Assembly: GCA_965224065.1 (NCBI GenBank)
Contig: CBDCYF010000005.1
Coordinates: forward strand, 2,175,616 to 2,239,615
DNA length: 64,000 nt
Direction of reading: 5' to 3'
Origin: Candidatus Multivoradales bacterium
GTDB lineage: Bacteria > Acidobacteriota > Thermoanaerobaculia > Multivoradales > JAHEKO01
Shown: positions 8,433-15,652 of the stretch, one piece after another
How positions within the stretch are numbered: the first letter of the stretch is position 1
Layout of the letters: each line of letters opens with the position of its first letter
The notes under the pieces: model-generated
The model's database searches: none
What the model was told of the DNA's origin: nothing
What the model saw: only the letters and a program-made list of their open reading frames with translations
Program-made: the position numbers and the translations under genes

Positions 8433-10403
8433 TCAGACCAGCTCCGGATCGGCCACGACCTCGACCAGGCTGGGACCGTCGTGCGCCAGTGCCCTGTCTA
8501 GCGCTTCGTCCAGGTCCTCCTTGTCGGTCACCCGGATACCCAGGGCCCCGCACAGCTCCGCGTATTTCGAGAAATCCGGATTGTGAAGCGAGGTCTGCCA
8601 AACCTCCCAGTTGCCCGATCGCTGCTCCTTGGAGATCTTGCCCAGCTCCGAGTTGTTGAGCAGCACGTGGGTGATGTTCATGCCGTACTTGACCGCGGTG
8701 GTGATCTCGCCCAGATACTGGCCAAAGCCGCCGTCGCCGGTCACCGCCACCACCGGGCGGCCCTTGAAGCGCGGATCGTCTTCCTGGGTCGCCGCCCACG
8801 CCCCCATCGCCGCCGGATAGCCAAAGCCGATCGAGCCCAGATACCCCGACATCAAAACGGCCTGCCGGCTGCATTCGAAGTAGCGCCCGAACGAGTAGGT
8901 GTTGTTGCCGACGTCGACCGCGATGACGGCGTCCTCGGGCACCTTGCGGTTCATGGCGGCAAACACCGCCGAGGACGAGACGCCCCGGCCGCGCTCTTCG
9001 GCCTGGCGCCGCTCCTTCTCGTGGCGCCAGATGGCCCACCGCTCGGCGATCTCGGGCCGCTGGTCGACCGTATCGATCCCGTCGCCCAGCTCGTCTCGCA
9101 ACAGCCGCGCGGTCACCCCGATCTCGCCCCACACCGGCACCTTGACGGCGTGGAACTTGCCCAGGATCATCGGGTCGTAGTCGACCTGGACGATCGGACG
9201 CTTGGGGGTGATCCCGGTGTGGTTCGAAAAGCTGGCGCCAAAGACCAGCAGGGCGTCGGACTCGTTCATGAAGTAGCTGGCGATCGGCGTGCCGCTCCGG
9301 CCCAGGACGCCACAGCCCAGCGTGTGGTGGTCCGAAACCAGGCCCTTGCCCTTGAAGGTGGTGAGCACCGGGCTGTTCAAACGCTCGGCCAGCTCGAGGA
9401 TGGCATCCATCTCGAAGCGGGCGCCGTGGCCAACGATGATCACCGGCCGCTTCGATCCGCGGATCACATCGAGTGCCCGGTCCAGGGACTCTCGGGGGGG
9501 CGCAATCTCGCGCGGCGCCACCCGACCCTCAGGGCGGCTCGCTTTGGCATTGGGCGGCGCTTCGAGCGTCTGGACCTCGTCGGGAAAGATGAGATGCGAC
9601 ACGCCCCGGTTGAGGATGGCGCTCTTGGCCGCCAGGTTGACCAGCTCGGCGTGGCGGGAGGTGTGGAGCACCGGCTGGCTCCACTGGGCGACCTTGCCAA
9701 AGGCCGCCGACAGATCGACCTCCTGAAACGCCCCCGGCCCGAGCACCTGGGTATCCACCTGGCCGGTGAGCGCAAGGACCGGCGAACGGTCCACGTTGGC
9801 GTCCCACAGGCCGGTCAGCAGATTGGTCGCGCCCGGCCCGGCGATGGCCAGACAGGCTGCCGGCCGGCCGGTCAGCTTGCCGTAGGCCGAGGCGGCAAAC
9901 GACGCCGCGGCCTCGTGGCGGATGCCGTAGAACGTCAGGTTGCCGGCCTCCTCCTGCCGTCGCAGCGCGTCGGCCAGACCGAGGTTGGAGTGCCCGACCA
10001 TGCCCCAGACATGGCGGATGCCCCAGTTGACCATCGTCTCGGCCATCACGTCGGTCACCGTCGGGACGTGAGTCTCCTCGGGCGCAAAACCGACATAGAC
10101 ACCGTCCTTGCGCTCTTCGACCGGGAACGTCGCCACCCCGTCGTCAAAGCCCGGAGCCTTACCGGTGAGCGGATCGTAGTCCCAACCATGCCAGGGGCAT
10201 CGCAGCAGACCGTTCTCGATCGAGCCCTCTCCCAACGGCCCGCCCTGGTGGGGACAGCGATTGTCGAGCGCGCCGTACTCGCCGTTGTGACGCGTCATAC
10301 AGACCGTGGTGTGCTCGCAGGTCACCGGCTTGACCCGGCCTTCGGCCAGCTCGTCCGGTTCTAAAACCTTCAGCCAGACTCTTTCGCTGGTGTCGCTCGG
10401 CAT
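8433..10403 (-). CDS. Rieske [2Fe-2S] domain fused to a thiamine-diphosphate-dependent enzyme (pyruvate-oxidase/acetolactate-synthase-like)
   Basis: 656 aa. N-terminal CPHQGGPLGEGSI...LLRCPWHGWDY. The remainder has TPP_enzyme N/M/C-like regions including the GDG-X-NN ThDP motif AVTGDGGFGQYLGEITTAVKYGMNITHVLLNNSELG. Confidence 0.75.
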   Translation of the reverse strand: MPSDTSERVWLKVLEPDELAEGRVKPVTCEHTTVCMTRHNGEYGALDNRCPHQGGPLGEGSIENGLLRCPWHGWDYDPLTGKAPGFDDGVATFPVEERKDGVYVGFAPEETHVPTVTDVMAETMVNWGIRHVWGMVGHSNLGLADALRRQEEAGNLTFYGIRHEAAASFAASAYGKLTGRPAACLAIAGPGATNLLTGLWDANVDRSPVLALTGQVDTQVLGPGAFQEVDLSAAFGKVAQWSQPVLHTSRHAELVNLAAKSAILNRGVSHLIFPDEVQTLEAPPNAKASRPEGRVAPREIAPPRESLDRALDVIRGSKRPVIIVGHGARFEMDAILELAERLNSPVLTTFKGKGLVSDHHTLGCGVLGRSGTPIASYFMNESDALLVFGASFSNHTGITPKRPIVQVDYDPMILGKFHAVKVPVWGEIGVTARLLRDELGDGIDTVDQRPEIAERWAIWRHEKERRQAEERGRGVSSSAVFAAMNRKVPEDAVIAVDVGNNTYSFGRYFECSRQAVLMSGYLGSIGFGYPAAMGAWAATQEDDPRFKGRPVVAVTGDGGFGQYLGEITTAVKYGMNITHVLLNNSELGKISKEQRSGNWEVWQTSLHNPDFSKYAELCGALGIRVTDKEDLDEALDRALAHDGPSLVEVVADPELV

Positions 10404-10421
10404 GGATCTCTTCGCCGCCCG

Positions 10422-12041
10422 CTAGAGCGGGACGGCGCCTCCGTAGTGGACGCCGGTGAGGTAGGCAACGTCTCGTTTCCAGGTCGTCAGGTCCTCGATG
10501 CGGAAGTCCGCCAGACGAGAGTGGCCGCAGGCCCGCGCCAGCAGCTTCATCAGCTCGACCGAGGCGCCAAAAAACCGCGCCAACCGCTCGGCCGCCTCGT
10601 CCACCGGCAGGCGTTCGCGCAGTTGCGGTTTCTGCGTCGCGATCCCGACCGGGCAGTTGTTGGTGTGGCACGCCCGCATACCGAGACAGCCGATCGCCTG
10701 GATCGCCGCGTTCGACACCGCGACGCCGTCGGCGCCCAGCGCCAGCGCCTTTGCAAAGTCGGCGGGAGTGCGGAGCCCGCCGGTGATGATCAACGTGACC
10801 TCTCCGCTCTTGCCTCTGAGATCGAGATGCTGCCGCGCCCGCGCCAGCGCCGGCAACGTCGGCACCGAGATGTTGTCGCGAAAGATCAGCGGGGCCGCCC
10901 CCGTGCCCCCGCCACGGCCGTCCAGGATGACGTAGTCCACGCCGATCCGGAGCGCCGCGTCGATGTCGTCCTCGATGTGCTGGGCCGAAAGCTTGAACCC
11001 GATCGGAATGCCGCCCGTGGACTCGCGCACCTCGTCGGCAAAGTGACGAAAGGGCTCCACGTCGTCCCAATCGGGGAAGCGCGACGGCGAGACCGCCTGC
11101 TGCCCCTCCTCGAGACTCCGGACCTCCGCGATCTTGCCCACGACCTTCTCGCCCGGCAGGTGTCCGCCGGTTCCGGTCTTCGCCCCCTGGCCGCCCTTGA
11201 AGTGAAAGGCCTGCACCCCCTGGAGCTTGTCCATCGAGAAACCGAAGCGCGCCGAGGCGAGCTCGTAGAAATAGCGGCTGTTCGCTCCCTGCTCCTCGGG
11301 CAGCATTCCCCCTTCGCCCGAACAGATCCCGGTGCCGGCGAGCTCCGCCCCTTTTGCGAGAGCCACCTTGGCCTCGAAGGACAGCGCGCCAAAGCTCATG
11401 TCCGAGACAAAGAGCGGAATGTCGAGCACCAGCGGCTTGGCGGCGTTTGGGCCGACCACCAGCTCGGTGCCCACCGGTGTGTCGTCGAGCTGGGGCACGC
11501 GCGCGAGCTGGGCGGTGACGAACTGGAGATCGTCCCAGACCGGGAGCTGGCTTCTCGGCACGCCCATTGCCGCCACCGGGCCGTGGTGCCCGACCTTTTC
11601 CAGCCCGTTGGCCGCCAGCTCGCGGATGAACTTGACGTATGGCTCGGCCGGGCTGCCTTTCGAGTGGTCCTGAAAGACTCCTTGGTAGGCGTCGCGCGCA
11701 TAGGGCTGCGGGTTATCACGCTCCCAGGCGGCAACCTCGTCCCGGTCGACCCAGACGCCGCCGTCTTCGACCCAGGAAGAGAACTTGTGGAGCCTCTCCT
11801 CCGGGGCGTAGGAGCTCACCCCGCTTCGAAACTGATAGTCCCAGTTGTGGACTCCGCAGATGATGTCGTCACCACGCACAAAGCCGTCGGACATCAAGGC
11901 ACCACGGTGCTGGCAGCGACCGTAGAGCACCGAGACTTCCTCGTCGTACCGAACCACCACCAAGTCGACGTTGGTAACCAGCGCGTGGGCCGGCTGGCGG
12001 TCGGCCAGCTCTACCCACTCGGCGATCTTCACCTTGTCCAT
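10422..12041 (-). CDS. Rieske [2Fe-2S] domain fused to a glutamate-synthase-like FMN-binding (GltS domain-2) protein
   Basis: 539 aa. N-terminal CQHRGALMSDG...CGVHNWDY. C-terminal ~400 aa match the glutamate-synthase FMN-domain family (GEGGMLPEE, DGRGGGTGAAP, ITGGLRTPADFAKALALGADGV, CHTNNCPVGIATQ). Confidence 0.75.
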   Translation of the reverse strand: MDKVKIAEWVELADRQPAHALVTNVDLVVVRYDEEVSVLYGRCQHRGALMSDGFVRGDDIICGVHNWDYQFRSGVSSYAPEERLHKFSSWVEDGGVWVDRDEVAAWERDNPQPYARDAYQGVFQDHSKGSPAEPYVKFIRELAANGLEKVGHHGPVAAMGVPRSQLPVWDDLQFVTAQLARVPQLDDTPVGTELVVGPNAAKPLVLDIPLFVSDMSFGALSFEAKVALAKGAELAGTGICSGEGGMLPEEQGANSRYFYELASARFGFSMDKLQGVQAFHFKGGQGAKTGTGGHLPGEKVVGKIAEVRSLEEGQQAVSPSRFPDWDDVEPFRHFADEVRESTGGIPIGFKLSAQHIEDDIDAALRIGVDYVILDGRGGGTGAAPLIFRDNISVPTLPALARARQHLDLRGKSGEVTLIITGGLRTPADFAKALALGADGVAVSNAAIQAIGCLGMRACHTNNCPVGIATQKPQLRERLPVDEAAERLARFFGASVELMKLLARACGHSRLADFRIEDLTTWKRDVAYLTGVHYGGAVPL

Positions 12042-12126
12042 GAGTCCTCCGTAATCCAGCCGCTGCGCCGGCGCAGTCTACAAGGCCAAGTCAGCGCTTG
12101 GCCCGTACTACACCGGTTAGGATGGG

Positions 12127-12537
12127 GTGGCGATGAAAGGACTGAGCTGGATCCTCCGAGGCATTGCTGCTGTCATCCTCTTGCAGACGCTGTTCTTCAA
12201 GTTCACCGCGGCGCCCGAGTCGGTCTTTATCTTCGAGACTCTCGGAATGGAGCCCTGGGGCCGGATCGGCTCCGGTGTGGCCGAGCTCGTCGCCGCGGTC
12301 CTCCTCCTCGTGCCGGCAACCACCCTATACGGCGCGATCCTGGCGTTGGGATTGATGGCAGGCGCCATTGTGAGCCATCTGACCCGTCTGGGTATCGAGG
12401 TTCAGGGTGACGGTGGCCTGTTGTTCGGTCTGGCACTGGTCGTTACCGCATGCTGTCTCAGCCTGGTGGCGCTCGACCGGCGCCGTCTCGGTGAGCTTTG
12501 CGCGCGTATCCTCGGGCAGGGCCGGAAGAAAGGGTAA
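12127..12537 (+). CDS. DoxX-family membrane protein
   Basis: 136 aa, four predicted TM helices. Divergent from the Rieske operon. Confidence 0.6.
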   Translation: MAMKGLSWILRGIAAVILLQTLFFKFTAAPESVFIFETLGMEPWGRIGSGVAELVAAVLLLVPATTLYGAILALGLMAGAIVSHLTRLGIEVQGDGGLLFGLALVVTACCLSLVALDRRRLGELCARILGQGRKKG

Positions 12538-14033
12538 GCGCCAAACCCACCGTGGCCGAACCTCGAGAAGACGACCGACCGAAAAGCTCCGACGGCTGGA
12601 GCGGCGCAGTCGGAGGCCGGTCCGAGCGGACGCTCGAACGGCTCTTCGAAGTCGCGTCGGCACAGATCGCGACCGAGCATGAGCTCACCAGCCGCGACCG
12701 CGACCCCGAGGAGCTCTATGACGAGCTGGGGATCGCGCTCTCTGAAGAAGGCGTCTCCTTCGACGAGGTCGTCGACCGGTTGCGGGCCATCCTGGCGGCG
12801 ACTCCGTCCGCGGCGGGTCGCCGCTTCCTCAACCAGCTTTTTGGCGGCCGCGATGAGATCGCCAGCCTGGCCGAGATGCTCACCCCGCTTGTCAACACTT
12901 CGATGTATACCTACAAGGTGGCCGGCCCGCAGGTGCTCCTCGAGCGGGAAGTGCTGGCCCGCATGGGCGCAAAGATCGGTCTGGCCGACGGCGAGGGAAT
13001 CCTGTGTCCCGGCGGCTCGCTGGCTACGCTGACGGCGATGCTGATCGCGCGCAACGAAGCTCTCGACGGGGTGCGGGACCAGGGGCTTGGAGCCATGGCC
13101 GGGCGGGGCTTGACCCTCTACACATCGGTCGACGGCCACTATTCGGTACGCAAGAACGCCGGCATTCTGGGTCTGGGAAGAAGCTCGGTACGCGAGATCG
13201 CGACCGACGACGGCGGCCGTATGGACGTCGAGGCCTTGCGCCAGACTATCCGCTCGGATCGGGCCGCCGGCCACCGGCCCTTGCTGGTCAACGCCACCGC
13301 CGGCTCGACGGTGCTGGGTGCCTTTGACCCGATCCACGAGATCGGCCTCATCGCCCAGGACGAAGGAATGTGGCTGCACGTCGACGGGGCCCTGGGCGGC
13401 TCGGTGGCGCTCTGTTCGCGGCACCGAGACCTGATCGACGGCTCCGAGCTGGCCGACTCCTTTGTCTGGAATGCCCACAAGATGATGGGTGTGCCGCTGC
13501 CGTGCTCGGCGTTGCTCTTGGCCCGGCGTGGCCAGCTTCAGCGCCAGCTTGCCGAGCCGGCCGACTATCTCTTTCAAAGCCACGGCGACGAGCTCAACCC
13601 GGGCACGCGTTCGATCCAGTGCGGGCGCCGCAACGATGCGCTCAAGCTGTGGGCGGCCTGGAAGCTCCACGGAGACCGTGGCTACGACCGACGGCTGAGT
13701 CGCCTGTTCGACCTGGCCCAATACACGGCCTCGCGGGTGGAGGCTGACCCGGCTTTCGAGCTGCTCTTGCCACCGGAATCGATCAACGTGTGTTTCCGGG
13801 TGAAGGGAAGGTCGAGCGCTGACATCTGCGGGCAGCTCGACCGCGAGGGCCGTCTGTTGATCGGACACGGCAAGGCGCAAGGGCGACAGGCGATCCGGCT
13901 GGTCTGTGTGAACCTCGATCTCGAGGAACGAGACATCGACGACGCCTTGGGTGCGATCCGACAAGCCGCCGCGTCTCTGCCGGCCGTCGAAGACCCGACG
14001 CCCGACAATCCCATCCCATCGGCCGCTCGATGA
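12498..14033 (+). CDS. PLP-dependent group II amino-acid decarboxylase (GadB/CSAD/DABA-decarboxylase-like)
   Basis: 511-aa ORF. An alternative in-frame GTG at 12552 lies just after the DoxX stop. PLP-lysine motif NAHKMMGVPLPCS, plus HVDGALGGS. Confidence 0.8.
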   Translation: MRAYPRAGPEERVSAKPTVAEPREDDRPKSSDGWSGAVGGRSERTLERLFEVASAQIATEHELTSRDRDPEELYDELGIALSEEGVSFDEVVDRLRAILAATPSAAGRRFLNQLFGGRDEIASLAEMLTPLVNTSMYTYKVAGPQVLLEREVLARMGAKIGLADGEGILCPGGSLATLTAMLIARNEALDGVRDQGLGAMAGRGLTLYTSVDGHYSVRKNAGILGLGRSSVREIATDDGGRMDVEALRQTIRSDRAAGHRPLLVNATAGSTVLGAFDPIHEIGLIAQDEGMWLHVDGALGGSVALCSRHRDLIDGSELADSFVWNAHKMMGVPLPCSALLLARRGQLQRQLAEPADYLFQSHGDELNPGTRSIQCGRRNDALKLWAAWKLHGDRGYDRRLSRLFDLAQYTASRVEADPAFELLLPPESINVCFRVKGRSSADICGQLDREGRLLIGHGKAQGRQAIRLVCVNLDLEERDIDDALGAIRQAAASLPAVEDPTPDNPIPSAAR

Positions 14034-14812
14034 AGACGCTCAGCCAGGTCTTCCCGCTTCACCGCGAACAGCTTCCCACCACAACCCTGGGGGAGAGCCA
14101 CTACGAGATCCGATTCGCCCAGACTTCGGAAGAGCTCGATGCCATCCAGAAGCTGCGTTTCGAAGTGTTCAACCTCGAGATGGGTGAAGGCCTCGAAGAG
14201 TCATTCGAGAGCGGCCGCGACGCCGACGCCTTCGACCCGGTATGCCACCACTTGATGGTCACCGACCGCAACACCGACTCGATCGTCGGCTGTTACCGGA
14301 TGCAGACCGCCGCGATGGCAAGCGCCAATCGTGGTTTCTATTCGTCGAGCCTCTTCGATCTCTCAACCCTCCCCGAGACCGCAACCGAAAAGTCCATCGA
14401 AGTGGGCCGCGCGTGCGTCGCCAAGAGCCATCGCAGCTCGCTGGTGCTCTTTTTGCTCTGGAAGGGCCTGGCTCTCTATGTCGCCCACAACCAGGTGCGG
14501 TATCTCTTTGGCTGCTGCTCGCTGACCAGCCAGGATCCGGCGGAGGGCAGCGCGGTCTTGCGCTATCTCGAAGAGGGCGGGCGTATGCACCCGGAGTGGT
14601 CGATCCAACCGGTCCCCGACTGTGTGTGCCCCATCGACCGCACCGTCGAGGCGGCCACCGGGGTGCCGACGCTCTTCCGGACATATCTTCGATATGGCGC
14701 CAAGGTCTGCGGTCCCCCGGCGATCGATCGCGAGTTCAAGACCATCGATTACCTGGTGGTGCTCGATATCGACGGGCTGTCTCCGCGAACCCACCGGATG
14801 TTCTTCGATTAA
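14030..14812 (+). CDS. olsB: OlsB-like N-acyltransferase (Acetyltransf_5, hemolysin-like; lyso-ornithine-lipid synthase or N-acyl amino acid synthase family)
   Basis: 260 aa. ATGA overlap with the decarboxylase stop. Pattern LRFEVFNLEMGEG...HLMVTDRNTDSIVGCYRM...LVLFLLWKGLALYV is typical of OlsB-like/N-acyl amino acid synthases. Confidence 0.65.
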   Translation: MKTLSQVFPLHREQLPTTTLGESHYEIRFAQTSEELDAIQKLRFEVFNLEMGEGLEESFESGRDADAFDPVCHHLMVTDRNTDSIVGCYRMQTAAMASANRGFYSSSLFDLSTLPETATEKSIEVGRACVAKSHRSSLVLFLLWKGLALYVAHNQVRYLFGCCSLTSQDPAEGSAVLRYLEEGGRMHPEWSIQPVPDCVCPIDRTVEAATGVPTLFRTYLRYGAKVCGPPAIDREFKTIDYLVVLDIDGLSPRTHRMFFD

Positions 14813-14844
14813 CCCGGGGCCTCACGGGTGCCGAGAGAGCTGGA

Positions 14845-15630
14845 GTGAAAACCCTCCGCGCCGGTTGGCGTCTTCTGCTCGTCGCCAAGACGACGGCTTT
14901 TTTCTACGCCCTGGTGCTTGCCGGGACGGCGGTAGTCGCTTTCGCGCCGCGCCAGCGCATCCGTTGGCGCGATTTCTGTTTCCGCAACTGGTCGCGGTGG
15001 GTGCTTGCGATTCTCCACGTCACCGTCGAGCACCAGGGTACGCCACCTCGGCCACCCTTCTTTCTGGTCGCGAATCATCTGAGCTACATCGACATCCTGG
15101 TGCTGGCCAGCCACGTCGACGCGGTGTTCATCGCCAAATCCGAAGTTCGGTCCTGGCCGATCATCGGGCTTCTCTGCCGCTCGGTCGGCACGCTCTTTGT
15201 CGACCGCGGGTCACGGCGCGACATCCCGCGGGTGATCGCCGAGATCGATCGTGTGCTGGGCCACGGCCAGGGAATCGTCCTCTTCCCCGAGGGCACCAGC
15301 ACCCCGGGTTTCGAGGTCGGCCGCTTCCGGCCCTCGCTCCTCGAGGTGGCCGCGCGCGCCGGGATCCCGGTCTCCCACGCCAGCCTGAGCTACGACACCG
15401 GCGACGAATCAAAGCCGGCCCACCTCACCGTTTGCTGGTGGGGAGACATGGAATTCCCCGGCCACTTCTGGCGTCTGCTGGCACTCCCGAGGTTCACCGC
15501 AAAACTGTCGTTTGGACGCGACACGATTCAGGACGACGACCGCAAGCGTCTCGCCGATCGCCTGCAAGCCGCGGTCGAGCGGCAATTCGTTCCCGTCGTG
15601 TCCGAGGGCGCACCCACGGAGGCGGCGTGA
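14845..15630 (+). CDS. olsA: PlsC-family lyso-lipid O-acyltransferase (OlsA-like)
   Basis: GTG at 14845, 33 nt after the olsB stop. The long ORF 14242..15630 is an out-of-frame read-through artefact. HxxxxD motif in FLVANHLSYIDILVL and the FPEGTSTPG motif. Confidence 0.7.
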   Translation: MKTLRAGWRLLLVAKTTAFFYALVLAGTAVVAFAPRQRIRWRDFCFRNWSRWVLAILHVTVEHQGTPPRPPFFLVANHLSYIDILVLASHVDAVFIAKSEVRSWPIIGLLCRSVGTLFVDRGSRRDIPRVIAEIDRVLGHGQGIVLFPEGTSTPGFEVGRFRPSLLEVAARAGIPVSHASLSYDTGDESKPAHLTVCWWGDMEFPGHFWRLLALPRFTAKLSFGRDTIQDDDRKRLADRLQAAVERQFVPVVSEGAPTEAA

Positions 15631-15652
15631 GGCGGTCGGGCGAGCCACAAGC

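Noticed and set aside
10446-12410. 654-aa plus-strand ORF
   Set aside because: Antisense to the Rieske-GltS-like gene and overlapping DoxX. Low-complexity R/G/A/P-rich product.
12402-13964. 520-aa minus-strand ORF
   Set aside because: Antisense to the PLP decarboxylase gene, which has clear PLP-lysine and fold motifs.
14242-15630. 462-aa plus-strand ORF overlapping olsB
   Set aside because: First 200 codons are an out-of-frame overlap of olsB with Arg/Pro-rich junk translation. Real PlsC-family gene begins at GTG 14845.
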